64,000 bases of DNA from Oscillospiraceae bacterium (GCA_963666535.1 OY762913.1:1557499-1621498), one strand, 5' to 3'. Counted from the first letter of the stretch, positions 17,850 to 26,195 are shown. Numbers and translations: made by a program. Notes: generated from the letters alone by a model not told the origin.

Positions 17850-18314
17850 TTATTCGTTTTCGGCTTCGGCGGGTTCTGCCTCGGCAAAGTCATCATCAGC
17901 GGAAGCGACCAGTTCGTCCATTGGGGTAGCGCTGTCGTTGCCCATCTGCTCCACAATGTAGAGGTCATTCAGGGTTCTCTGCATCTCGGCAGCCATGCGG
18001 ACCGCCTGAATAGCGGCATCAGCTGTGCTGTTGCAAAGGGCGCTGACGGCCTCCAGCGCCGGGAAATTGGGATCGGGCAGGGTATTGAGCAAAGTGCCCA
18101 TGTTGTCCTTGATTGCCTTGACCCTCCCCTGCAGGGCGGAGAAGTTTTCCGCAGCGATGCCGTAAGCTTCGTGCCGGTTGCAAACCTTGGCCGGGGGCGT
18201 GTCGCCTCCCACGATTTTGTTCTTGGTGAAGTGGATCGCCGTCAGGATATTCTCCTTGATATCCAGATCCGCTTTGAGGGTCATGTCCATTTCCATCTGC
18301 TCATAGTCGCTCAT
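17850..18314 (-). CDS. Hypothetical phage protein with acidic C-terminal tail
   Basis: 154 aa ending DDDFAEAEPAEAENE. 4-nt overlap with the upstream gene. Confidence 0.5.
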   Translation of the reverse strand: MSDYEQMEMDMTLKADLDIKENILTAIHFTKNKIVGGDTPPAKVCNRHEAYGIAAENFSALQGRVKAIKDNMGTLLNTLPDPNFPALEAVSALCNSTADAAIQAVRMAAEMQRTLNDLYIVEQMGNDSATPMDELVASADDDFAEAEPAEAENE

Positions 18315-18751
18315 GATTTTTTACCTCCAATTTTCACTGTCTCTTTTCGCCGGGTAATGTCGACGGTATCGAAGCCCTTGACTACCTTGTCCAGCGCCTC
18401 GGAAAGCTCGCCGTTTTCCTCTATGTAGGATTTCATCGTAGCCTGGAGGGTACGGGGATCAACCTTCTCCACGATGATGTCGCCCAGGCCTTCTTCACGC
18501 AGAACATCGAAGAAGGCCACGTCGTTATCCTTGATCTCCTCTTCCGACCTCTTGCTGTAGATAGTCTTCTGCGCGAGGCTGAACGAGTAACCGCCGCTGG
18601 AAATGCGGGGGCAGTCATCATCAACCATCTGCTGTGCAATCTTTACCTTGCGGTCTTCGATGGCGGCATTGTTGTCTTTGGTTTGAGCCGCAAGCTCGTC
18701 CTTGCGCTCAAGCAGGGTTTGGTACTCCCGTACCATGTCAAGCAGGGTCAT
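18311..18751 (-). CDS. Siphovirus Gp157-like protein
   Basis: ORF track 18311..18850. Preferred ATG at 18751, 8 nt after AAAGGA (MTLLDMVREYQTLLERKDELAAQ...). The coiled-coil N-terminus and size resemble Gp157-family proteins (recalled). Confidence 0.45.
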   Translation of the reverse strand: MTLLDMVREYQTLLERKDELAAQTKDNNAAIEDRKVKIAQQMVDDDCPRISSGGYSFSLAQKTIYSKRSEEEIKDNDVAFFDVLREEGLGDIIVEKVDPRTLQATMKSYIEENGELSEALDKVVKGFDTVDITRRKETVKIGGKKS

Positions 18752-18929
18752 GTGAACCATCCTTTCTGTTATTTGCACACTCCAGGCGGAGGCACCTGCC
18801 GTTTCGGTAAGCCATGCACCGCTTTTTGGCACATTCCTCGAACCATTCATGAGTTGTGATTATGCCGGTCATGGGATTCGTTTCCTTGTGGACCCGTTTC
18901 TTGAACGGGCAGAGGCATTTACTCTCCAT
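18738..18929 (-). CDS. Small Cys-rich protein
   Basis: Inner part of ORF 18738..19052 starting at MESKCLCPFKKRVHKETNP... just after the stop of the 18919..19329 gene. The upstream part of the track ORF overlaps that gene out of frame. Confidence 0.35.
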   Translation of the reverse strand: MESKCLCPFKKRVHKETNPMTGIITTHEWFEECAKKRCMAYRNGRCLRLECANNRKDGSHDPA

Positions 18930-19329
18930 CGCGCTCATCCGTCCTTTCTTGCTGCTTTTCGTCCCATATTTCCTGCGCAATCTGCTTTGCGGTTTCCCTC
19001 TCACAAATATAAACATCTTTATGCACAGGGGGCTGTGGGACAAATAGAGCAATCCGATCTTGCAGTTTATTAAAGTCTTCCGGGCTTGAATAGGTCACGA
19101 TTTCCGGACCGACTGTCTTCCCGTTCTCGTCAGTTGGGAAAACGCCTGTCCAGTCAGATACAAGCAGTTCGTCCTTATTTTCATTGAAGAGCTGCCGAAT
19201 TTCTGCACTCCACTTAGCGGAGATTTTCATAAACTTTTTCATGACATGTGTAGGGACCAAAACGCCGCAATATTGTCCGTTTGCGCTTAAGTCGAACATT
19301 TCATGATCGTAAAGGTATTCATATCGCAT
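18919..19329 (-). CDS. Hypothetical phage protein
   Basis: 136-aa ORF in the operon series, 11-nt overlap with the upstream gene. Confidence 0.5.
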   Translation of the reverse strand: MRYEYLYDHEMFDLSANGQYCGVLVPTHVMKKFMKISAKWSAEIRQLFNENKDELLVSDWTGVFPTDENGKTVGPEIVTYSSPEDFNKLQDRIALFVPQPPVHKDVYICERETAKQIAQEIWDEKQQERTDERDGE

Positions 19330-19654
19330 TTTGATTCCTCTCCCCGGCCTCTGGAATTATTGCGGCCCAATGCCGATTATCAGAACAATCGTAATCGTTG
19401 GGATTTAGCATCGCAGCCGTTGAATTTGAAACAGGCGTAACGCCAAAAAGGTCATGCATCTTTTTCCCGCATTTTTTGCATTCAAGATCCTCTGTACCAC
19501 CAAAATAACCGCTGCATTCCACTGGTTCTCCGCAGCATTTGATATTATCAAAACGCTGCTCTCCTTCCGTGTATTCCCAGCCCAAATAGTCCAATGCTTC
19601 TTTTGCAGTTAATACGGGCAAGTTGCAGATATCCTGCAGTTTTCCTTTTTTCAT
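19319..19654 (-). CDS. Hypothetical Zn-ribbon protein
   Basis: 111 aa with CCGEPVEC...CKKCGKK. Confidence 0.5.
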   Translation of the reverse strand: MKKGKLQDICNLPVLTAKEALDYLGWEYTEGEQRFDNIKCCGEPVECSGYFGGTEDLECKKCGKKMHDLFGVTPVSNSTAAMLNPNDYDCSDNRHWAAIIPEAGERNQNAI

Positions 19655-20319
19655 TGTGGCTCTCCTTTCTCGGCCTCCTGAGGGCTGCGCTCCATAGGCT
19701 CATAGCTGTCACGGGCACGATGCTTACATTCGCGGCAAGGGTAAGTGTAGTACCGATAGCTGTCTGTATCGCGCATTTTGCACGTTTCGCAGCTTTCCGC
19801 CGCCGCCGCCCGCTCTCTCCGCTGGCTTGTGGCAAGCTGGGCTTGCAACTGCTTAATCTGATGTGCAGCGGGTGGCTCTTCGCCATCTTGCCACCATTCG
19901 TTAGCCGTTCCGCAGTGCGGACACCGCACGGTATGGCCGATTGTCTGCACCGTACCGCTCCATCCACATTCCATGCAGGTGTAGGTTACTTTGTACTCGG
20001 TTTTCTCAGCGCGGTCGGTAAGCTGTAACTTTTCCGCCAGCAATGCGTTGCACTGCTTGGTGCAGTCCACGTTATACCGATTCAATTCGGCATATTTGGC
20101 ACGCTCGGTAGCGAACTGCGCCTGCAGGCTCTCGATCGCGTCGGCGGCGGCAAGCATCATCTCATCAATAGTCATGATGTGGTCACCGCCCTCGTAGTTA
20201 TTTGGGCAGTCCCGGCAGTCCTCGCCTTCACGGTAACACTGTGAGCCGCCTTCGTTGCCCTGCTCCACGTCGCACCTCAGCGCCTTCACGATCTCGTCAG
20301 CACCCATGTTCTTGCACAC
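19651..20319 (-). CDS. Hypothetical Cys-rich coiled-coil protein
   Basis: 222 aa with three CxxC-type clusters (CRDC, CMEC...CPHC, CETC...CREC) around a coiled-coil segment. Confidence 0.5.
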   Translation of the reverse strand: MCKNMGADEIVKALRCDVEQGNEGGSQCYREGEDCRDCPNNYEGGDHIMTIDEMMLAAADAIESLQAQFATERAKYAELNRYNVDCTKQCNALLAEKLQLTDRAEKTEYKVTYTCMECGWSGTVQTIGHTVRCPHCGTANEWWQDGEEPPAAHQIKQLQAQLATSQRRERAAAAESCETCKMRDTDSYRYYTYPCRECKHRARDSYEPMERSPQEAEKGEPQ

Positions 20320-20560
20320 TCCTCACATTTCCGGCCGCCTTTCCAGCGCACCGGCTGCACAGGTCGGGTTCTACCCAGTAGCATCCGCCGGGGCAGGCGT
20401 GATCCCATGTGCAGCCGCAGACACGGCATTTTTGGTCTTCAGGGGCTGGGATAACATGCCCTTCGCAGAAAGGGTAGGGGCAGCTATCGTCAGCCTGCGC
20501 CTCCAGCGGAACGGAAGAATAGGAAAACCGGCCACAGACTGGGCAAATGTACCTGTTCAT
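20297..20560 (-). CDS. Small Cys-rich protein
   Basis: 87 aa. CPVCG...CPYPFC...CRVCGCTWDHACPGGCYWVEPDLCSRC. Confidence 0.5.
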   Translation of the reverse strand: MNRYICPVCGRFSYSSVPLEAQADDSCPYPFCEGHVIPAPEDQKCRVCGCTWDHACPGGCYWVEPDLCSRCAGKAAGNVRSVQEHGC

Positions 20561-20562
20561 GA

Positions 20563-20739
20563 TCAGCCCTCCATATCAAGCACGGTGTAGGTGTTCCCGC
20601 TGCGCGTGATCCGGATCACCTCATTGCCGCGCTCATCGTGAGTGGCATAGTATTCATTTCCAGACATGAGCCTGGCCACTCTCGCTACCGCTGAACAGTC
20701 CGCAAAGGTTGAAAGATTTTTGATCGATATTGTATTCAT
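20563..20739 (-). CDS. Small hypothetical protein (58 aa, below ORF-track cutoff)
   Basis: ATG at 20737-20739 after GGAG (MNTISIKNLSTFADCSAV...LDMEG). TGA at 20563-65 abuts the next ATG at 20560. Confidence 0.4.
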   Translation of the reverse strand: MNTISIKNLSTFADCSAVARVARLMSGNEYYATHDERGNEVIRITRSGNTYTVLDMEG

Positions 20740-20742
20740 GGT

Positions 20743-21558
20743 TCACTCCTTTTTGCGCTTCGGCCCCCGGCGGCGCTCGGCCGTCTTAGCCATGATGTCC
20801 GCCACTAGTATCCCGACGCGTGTCAGATCAGCGCTGCCACCAATCAGATTCTTTTGGTTAAGCCGGACCAATTGTGCGCGGGTGATAAGAATCAGGTTTT
20901 CCAGCGTGATATTTTGTTTGTTCCCATCCGCAAATATCACGGCATGGCCTGCTGGAACCTGCCCGTTGGCTGCTTCCCATATCAGACGGTGCTTCTCTCG
21001 CCATTTGTTCGGCTCCGCAATTTTTACCCATGTGTAGCCGTCGCTGCGGATCGTCTCGGTACCAACGGGTTTCCATGTTTGCGGCATGTTGCCTTTCTTG
21101 AACTGCGTGGCCTCCATGCCCGGATAGCTGACACCTTTCTTGCCCTTATTCGCCGGCACGTGGCCCTTGGGGAACCTGTACGGCTCCCCGGCGGTGAGCA
21201 TGGCCGGATTGAATCGGCTATCAATGCCGTTGTGCAGGCCGAACCTATCGCAGAGGGATATCATCGCCGCGATACCGATGCTGAGGCCGAAGCGCTCATT
21301 GAACATCCGTGTTAGGTCTTTGAACCGTGTGCCCTGTATATTCTCCCTCAGCCAGTCGATGTGCTCCTGACTATATTTGCGGTATGTCCCGGTTTTGAGC
21401 CGGTGGTTTGTCATATAGCTTTTAACTGCCGTCTCCGTGAGCTCGATACCGAAGCGGGCCGCGAATATCGTCTGAATTTCCTTGTGGCTGTGGCCGGGAG
21501 CATCCTTACGGAAGAACGCATGCTGCTCCGGCGTGTATCTAGTCATCAGCTGATTCAC
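20743..21558 (-). CDS. HNH homing-type endonuclease
   Basis: 271 aa. HRLIWEAANGQVPAGHAVIFADGNKQNITLENLILI is an HNH_3-type motif. Repeated HTH-like N-terminal modules. Confidence 0.75.
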   Translation of the reverse strand: MNQLMTRYTPEQHAFFRKDAPGHSHKEIQTIFAARFGIELTETAVKSYMTNHRLKTGTYRKYSQEHIDWLRENIQGTRFKDLTRMFNERFGLSIGIAAMISLCDRFGLHNGIDSRFNPAMLTAGEPYRFPKGHVPANKGKKGVSYPGMEATQFKKGNMPQTWKPVGTETIRSDGYTWVKIAEPNKWREKHRLIWEAANGQVPAGHAVIFADGNKQNITLENLILITRAQLVRLNQKNLIGGSADLTRVGILVADIMAKTAERRRGPKRKKE

Positions 21559-21784
21559 CTGTCAGCATCTTGGGCATAGCTTTATTCCCATCTGGGTATT
21601 CTTGCGTAAGTTGCGCTGCCTTGAGGACCAGCGTTCCGTTTGCAATAATCTGCGAAGCGAGACCGGTGACGGCCTTTGACCGGGAGATTTCTTCGGAAAG
21701 CTGTTCTCCCGTCAGGTCCTCGTCTCCGAGGCGTTCAAGTTGAGCGAAAAGATGATTGTTCAAATCGGTTAACTTGTTTTTCAT
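21539..21784 (-). CDS. Conserved hypothetical phage protein
   Basis: 81 aa, MKNKLTDLNNHLFAQLERLGDEDL... This type recurs in Firmicutes phages as I recall. Confidence 0.5.
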   Translation of the reverse strand: MKNKLTDLNNHLFAQLERLGDEDLTGEQLSEEISRSKAVTGLASQIIANGTLVLKAAQLTQEYPDGNKAMPKMLTGESADD

Positions 21785-22005
21785 TAAGATGCCGCCCCCC
21801 CCCAGTTCCAGAGTCTTTGCTTGCCCTTAGCCGGGATAGGCGTCTCCAGCAGCTTGACGTTGGCGATCTCCCAGGCACATATGGATGCTATGAATTGCGT
21901 CGGATGAGGCTTGTAGTTTTCCAGCGCGTCGCCTATCTCTTGCAGGGTGGGAAGATCAGCGTCGGTCGTGTCGTATATGGCAAAAGGCAGCGGCTGCTTA
22001 TTCAT
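21784..22005 (-). CDS. Hypothetical phage protein
   Basis: 73-aa ORF. Its stop codon overlaps the ATG of the next gene by one base. Confidence 0.45.
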   Translation of the reverse strand: MNKQPLPFAIYDTTDADLPTLQEIGDALENYKPHPTQFIASICAWEIANVKLLETPIPAKGKQRLWNWGGAAS

Positions 22006-22171
22006 CCTGTCCGCCTCCTTTTTTGGAGGAGACCTCGTAGGTATTCAGGTACGACCGTTTCTTGCAGAACTCGCATTTCTCGTCAACCGAACTGTCCGAG
22101 GCCTTTTTTACGTTGAATCCTTCAGCCATACGCTCGGCGCAGCTGTAGCAGAGATGCATAAGCTGTTTCAT
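21998..22171 (-). CDS. Small Zn-ribbon protein (57 aa, below ORF-track cutoff; coordinates hand-derived)
   Basis: ATG at 22169-22171 overlaps the upstream TGA (ATGA). MKQLMHLCYSCAERMAEGF...EKCEFCKKRSYLN. Confidence 0.35.
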   Translation of the reverse strand: MKQLMHLCYSCAERMAEGFNVKKASDSSVDEKCEFCKKRSYLNTYEVSSKKGGGQDE

Positions 22172-22350
22172 GACTTAGCACCGCCTGAATCCGCCCGTTC
22201 GGCTTGAGGAGCGTTCTTCATCTCGGATGCGAGAGCCTTTACCCCGGCTTCATAGCCGCGCCGGTACACCCGAGCCAGATAGGCCGTGAGCTGCGCCTTG
22301 TCCATGTGCTTGACGGTCTTATAATCCTCACGCTTCATCTGCCCCTGCAT
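22168..22350 (-). CDS. Hypothetical phage protein
   Basis: ORF track 22168..22389. Preferred ATG at 22350, 8 nt after GAAGGAGG. Confidence 0.45.
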   Translation of the reverse strand: MQGQMKREDYKTVKHMDKAQLTAYLARVYRRGYEAGVKALASEMKNAPQAERADSGGAKS

Positions 22351-22564
22351 CCAGCTCGCCTCCTTCCTCGACCTGCTCCACCATTTCATCCAGCGGCGAC
22401 GCTTCGCCCAGTTCGAAGAGGAGTACAGGGAATCCAGCGTCGGATAGGAGCTGATAGGCTTTAGGCTTGTACGCTTGCCTGTTTTCCAGATCTAAAATCA
22501 AAGCGGCCACGCCTTCTTCCGGATCGAACCCGGACAGGTATTCAATCAATTCTTTGCACGTCAT
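22328..22564 (-). CDS. Hypothetical acidic phage protein
   Basis: ORF track 22328..22582. The ATG at 22564 (MTCKELIEYL...) overlaps the SNF2 stop. Confidence 0.45.
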   Translation of the reverse strand: MTCKELIEYLSGFDPEEGVAALILDLENRQAYKPKAYQLLSDAGFPVLLFELGEASPLDEMVEQVEEGGELDAGADEA

Positions 22565-23940
22565 CAGAAATACTCCCTCCATGTGTCTACCACCGTTTTT
22601 GCAAGGTCCTCCTTTTTGGCCAGCGATTTCATAAGCATCTCATCAATGGTTCCCTCTACCATGAGGTGAATGTAGGTGCAGGGATGATGCTGGCCGATTC
22701 TGTGTATCCGGGACAGACTCTGACTGTAGGTGGCGTAATTGAAGTTCACGCTGTAATACACGCAGGTGTCGGCCGCCGTCAGAGTAATGCCGGTACCCGC
22801 CGTGTCGATCTGGCCGATGAAGACCATCGTCTTCGGGTCTTCCTGAAACTGCTTGATGATATCGCCCCTCAGCTCTTTTTTGACGTCGCCGTAAATACCA
22901 ACGGTTTTCATTCCGGCTTTGCCGAGCGTTTTCTCTGCGAGGCGTATAATTTCATGTACCTCCGGAATGAACCGGGCGAAGATCACAAGCTTCTTTTTTC
23001 CTTCGAGGACATAATCGTTAAGAATATCTTCCAGCGCATCCAGTTTCCCGGTGCTGACCAGCTGCGGACGGTTCGCCTCGTCTCCCACGAGAAACCCGCC
23101 CGTGAGCTGCTGGAGCCGAAGGAGCTTTGTCAGGACGGTTGTCGCCGTGATCCTGTCGCCGCCGTCCAGATCCGCGAAGCTGTCACGCTTGAGCCGGTCG
23201 TAGAGCTGCTTCTCTTTGGGATTGAGCTGTATGTAGCGGGTTTCAAAGGTCTGTTCCGGAAGGTCCAAAGCCTCGTTTTTGGTCACGCGGTATGCAATGC
23301 TGTGTTCCTTCTTGATAAGGCCGTCCAGATCCCGGTACCCGATCACCTGCTTGCGGTTGAACCCGCCCATGACGGCATAGCGTCCTCTGAAGGAGTAGAA
23401 GTTCTGACCGAAGATCGTACTGTCGAGGAATCTATACTGACTGAATATGTCGATTGCCTCGTTCTGTACCGGCGTACCGGAAAGGATCATCTTGTATCTG
23501 GCCTGATCACCGAGCCTGTGTATTGCCTTGCTCTGCGAAGCATCATGCGTTTTGATTCGCTGGCTCTCGTCGGCAATGATAAGGTCTGCGTCAAACTCCT
23601 GCAGGCGCTCGAAGATTCCGTCCCTCCACGTGGATTCGTAGTTGATCACCGCCACCTTCATGGCCTTAAATGGAAATCGGTCAAGATCGTCCAGCGCCTT
23701 AATGCGCTTGTTCTTTTCGCCAAGCAGGGTGGTTATGGTGTATTTGAAATCCGCGTATTCCTGAAATTCCTTCGGCCAGACGGCACAGACCGAAGTCGGG
23801 GCCACGATCAGTACCTTATTGATCTTGCCCATCTGGTATCCAGTGCCGGCCACCGCTATGGCCGTGAGGGTTTTGCCGCAGCCCATTTCAAAAAGGAAAC
23901 CGAAGCCTTTCCCGTTTCTGGCCGCTTCATTTTCTGTCAT
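22564..23940 (-). CDS. SNF2-family helicase, ATPase core and C-terminal helicase domain
   Basis: 458 aa. Walker A FEMGCGKTLTAI, DExH box IIADESQRIK, C-terminal motifs LVIFARF, TAGTGITLTAA and QSLSRIHRIGQ. Begins only about 20 aa before motif I. Confidence 0.85.
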   Translation of the reverse strand: MTENEAARNGKGFGFLFEMGCGKTLTAIAVAGTGYQMGKINKVLIVAPTSVCAVWPKEFQEYADFKYTITTLLGEKNKRIKALDDLDRFPFKAMKVAVINYESTWRDGIFERLQEFDADLIIADESQRIKTHDASQSKAIHRLGDQARYKMILSGTPVQNEAIDIFSQYRFLDSTIFGQNFYSFRGRYAVMGGFNRKQVIGYRDLDGLIKKEHSIAYRVTKNEALDLPEQTFETRYIQLNPKEKQLYDRLKRDSFADLDGGDRITATTVLTKLLRLQQLTGGFLVGDEANRPQLVSTGKLDALEDILNDYVLEGKKKLVIFARFIPEVHEIIRLAEKTLGKAGMKTVGIYGDVKKELRGDIIKQFQEDPKTMVFIGQIDTAGTGITLTAADTCVYYSVNFNYATYSQSLSRIHRIGQHHPCTYIHLMVEGTIDEMLMKSLAKKEDLAKTVVDTWREYF

Positions 23941-23973
23941 TCTTTAAATCACACTCCTTTCTTTGGCTACCCA

Positions 23974-24150
23974 TCAGAACTTCACGCTCCTCTGGTTAAT
24001 GGTTCTCTGAATTTCCAGCTCCACCTTCACGCCCTCCAACCAGCACCGGACTATGTACCTGGCCTGCTCCGAAACCTTGCGAATGGTGACGCAAAGAAGA
24101 ACCGTGATAATGATCGCCGTGTAATTCAGATTTCCGAGTATTTCAAGCAT
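23974..24150 (-). CDS. Small membrane protein (58 aa, below ORF-track cutoff)
   Basis: ATG at 24148-50, 10 nt after GGAGGA. MLEILGNLNYTAIIITVLLCVTI... has one hydrophobic helix. Confidence 0.4.
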   Translation of the reverse strand: MLEILGNLNYTAIIITVLLCVTIRKVSEQARYIVRCWLEGVKVELEIQRTINQRSVKF

Positions 24151-24153
24151 TTT

Positions 24154-24537
24154 TCACCATCCTCCGATCTTTTTGCCGCACCAATGGCAATAGCTGTGTC
24201 TCGGTGCAATCCTGTGGTTGCAGTCCGGGCAATGCCAAGCTTCATCGGTATAGACAGGGCGGGAGGCTACTTCGTATTTCTGATGCAGGGCCTTGAGCTC
24301 TTCGGCTTGCTGCCGGTAATCGTGCAGGATGTCTTTGACTTCCTCCGCACTGCCGCAGCCTTCATCCTGCAGTGCACTGAAAATGCTGATTGCCGTCTCC
24401 AATGCGGCTACATCATCCCGCCATATGGAATCGGAGTCCGGAGCAGCTGCGAAAGCGGCGCTGCTATCTTTAAGACTGCTTAGCTGATAGAGAATGAAGT
24501 CCATTCCAACGCCGGGCTTGCTTTGCTTTTTACTCAT
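24154..24537 (-). CDS. Hypothetical protein with C-terminal Zn ribbon
   Basis: 127 aa ending WHCPDCNHRIAPRHSYCHWCGKKIGGW. Confidence 0.5.
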   Translation of the reverse strand: MSKKQSKPGVGMDFILYQLSSLKDSSAAFAAAPDSDSIWRDDVAALETAISIFSALQDEGCGSAEEVKDILHDYRQQAEELKALHQKYEVASRPVYTDEAWHCPDCNHRIAPRHSYCHWCGKKIGGW

Positions 24538-24901
24538 TGCTGATCACCGCCTGTTCGGGAGTCTCCCATCCGAAGGTGAGGAGGCACATATTAGCGGCCC
24601 TCACCTGGTGCTGGTAGAGGGGCAGCTTGACCGGATATTGCACGAACGGGACAGGATCGGCGGTCATACGTTCTTGGTCAACCGCATCGGCGATGGTGTG
24701 GAGCTCCGTCCGTCGCGCCTCGACTGCGGGGGGAAGTTTTACGATACTGGATAGCTTGTCCAACAGTTCGAGATCTGCGACGCCGGTCAGGGTCTGGGTG
24801 GGCTTGCTCCATTTCATCTTGTTCCATGACTTGATGATGGTGAACTGCACATTATCCGCTTCGCGGATCATAAGGGTATCTCCCTTGAGCGCGATTTTCA
24901 C
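24530..24901 (-). CDS. SNF2 helicase N-terminal fragment-like protein
   Basis: 123 aa ending VKLPLYQHQVRAANMCLLTF..., which looks like the Q-motif region that normally precedes the GxGKT of SNF2 helicases. Confidence 0.5.
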   Translation of the reverse strand: MKIALKGDTLMIREADNVQFTIIKSWNKMKWSKPTQTLTGVADLELLDKLSSIVKLPPAVEARRTELHTIADAVDQERMTADPVPFVQYPVKLPLYQHQVRAANMCLLTFGWETPEQAVISNE

Positions 24902-25638
24902 TTTTCCGCCTCCATTTCTGTGAGGTAGGCATGGTAAAGATCCAGAGCCGCGACGCTATATTCCGTCTGGGTGGCGCCGCAATCCTTGGAGCCCTTTAGC
25001 CCCATGTTGTAGGCCATGTACAGGGCGTGGCTCTCGTAAGGTGTTTCACCTAAATCAAGGTGGTCCGTCAACCACGCTATGTAATCAATGGCTACGGTCA
25101 CGTTCTGTGCGGGATCTGTAAGGTCCGTGATTCCGAGCCGCTCAATCCTGTCCTGCTGCCAGGCAGTGTTAATTTGCATGAGGCCGATGCTCCGGCCTCC
25201 GTCGCCGACGGCCTCCGTATCGTATTTGGTCTCCTGGTCGGCGATAGCCATGACACAGCAGAACAAGTGATCGTCTTCTCCGCACACCTCGTAGATCTGT
25301 CGCTGGGTATCGATATCAAGGCTCGCGATCCCGGACAGGAGCGCGGGGAGCTCCGGAGCGATAGGCTCCGTTGGCTGTGCTGCCTGGGTGGTGATGCACT
25401 TTACCAATGGCGCAGCAGCTTCTGCGGTCGGGGTGAAGGTTTCTTTATCTGACTCCGCTTCCGTATTCGTTGTAAAGCCGCCGAAGATTATGCCGGAACA
25501 AAGCGCCAGCGCCGCGATGACTATTGCGCCCTGGGCTCTGCGCGCTTTTCCCCGAGACTTCCGCAGTCTCCGCATTTGAGCGGCCATAGGAGTCGGAGAA
25601 TCGGTGCCTTCGGCCTTCGCCGATGTATGTATTTTCAT
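24898..25638 (-). CDS. Membrane-anchored lytic transglycosylase (SLT domain)
   Basis: 246 aa. N-terminal TM AIVIAALALCSGIIFGGF. Catalytic region IADQETKYD...SIGLMQINTAW. Confidence 0.8.
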   Translation of the reverse strand: MKIHTSAKAEGTDSPTPMAAQMRRLRKSRGKARRAQGAIVIAALALCSGIIFGGFTTNTEAESDKETFTPTAEAAAPLVKCITTQAAQPTEPIAPELPALLSGIASLDIDTQRQIYEVCGEDDHLFCCVMAIADQETKYDTEAVGDGGRSIGLMQINTAWQQDRIERLGITDLTDPAQNVTVAIDYIAWLTDHLDLGETPYESHALYMAYNMGLKGSKDCGATQTEYSVAALDLYHAYLTEMEAEK

Positions 25639-25656
25639 AACGTCATCCTCTCTTCA

Positions 25657-25809
25657 TCATTTCTCAACCACGAGCCTTTCGCCGGTGGCCTTGCGGACCA
25701 GAATCAGGGTGTTCTCCAGTTCCCGTGCAATGGCATAGGCTTTGGGCTCATACCCAATCTGGCTGAGAAGGATTTTCTGCCTTCTGGTCAGCTTTCGGGG
25801 GTTCTTCAT
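25657..25809 (-). CDS. Small protein, DUF6906-like (50 aa, below ORF-track cutoff)
   Basis: MKNPRKLTRRQKILLSQIGYEPKAYAIARELENTLILVRKATGERLVVEK. ATG overlaps the upstream TGA. Family assignment from memory. Confidence 0.4.
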   Translation of the reverse strand: MKNPRKLTRRQKILLSQIGYEPKAYAIARELENTLILVRKATGERLVVEK

Positions 25810-26195
25810 GCGAGGCCCTCCTTCAGCAGCGAATACGCTTTTTGAAGCATATCCACATCAAAATACCCGAAGTGGCATTCTTCTTCCGGGACACCGAGTC
25901 GCTCGGACAGCCAGTGATAAGCCTTGCGGCGGGGATTGCTGCCTTTACTCGGCTTGCCTTTCCACCTGGCGTCAAAAAGGCTGTGGCAAGCCATCTTCAT
26001 GTTTCGCATCTCCTTGTTGGAGAGAATCCCAAGGGCCTCTTTTGGCTGCGGTTCATGGGTACCGACGTAGGCCCCACACTGCGTGCAGAGATAGCACATA
26101 CCGCTTCCGTATTCGCGTCCATATACTGCGGCGTTTGAGGTATAAATAACCCTGCCTCCGCAGATGTTGCAGGTTGTGGGATGCAGATCAATCAT
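25806..26195 (-). CDS. Zn-finger protein (DUF3268-like)
   Basis: 129 aa. CNICGGRV...CYLCTQCGAYVG. Confidence 0.5.
   Translation of the reverse strand: MIDLHPTTCNICGGRVIYTSNAAVYGREYGSGMCYLCTQCGAYVGTHEPQPKEALGILSNKEMRNMKMACHSLFDARWKGKPSKGSNPRRKAYHWLSERLGVPEEECHFGYFDVDMLQKAYSLLKEGLA

Noticed and set aside
11779-18428. Plus-strand ORFs 11779..12717 (312 aa) and 17460..18428 (322 aa)
   Set aside because: Both are mirror-frame ORFs opposite well-supported minus-strand phage genes (HD protein, the 288-aa and 154-aa genes). They show no start context or domain signatures.
22666-24483. 605-aa plus-strand ORF, the longest unassigned ORF in the track
   Set aside because: It lies entirely antisense to the SNF2 helicase and neighbouring minus-strand genes, which carry clear motifs and RBSs. 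It has no RBS and no recognisable motif, and its Arg/Gly/Val/Leu-rich composition is typical of shadow ORFs in GC-rich coding DNA.
23941-24529. Group I/II intron interrupting the SNF2 gene
   Set aside because: I see no homing endonuclease, reverse transcriptase or recognisable intron core. The two embedded ORFs have their own RBSs. It cannot be supported without structure searches, so it is mentioned only as an alternative in the finding.
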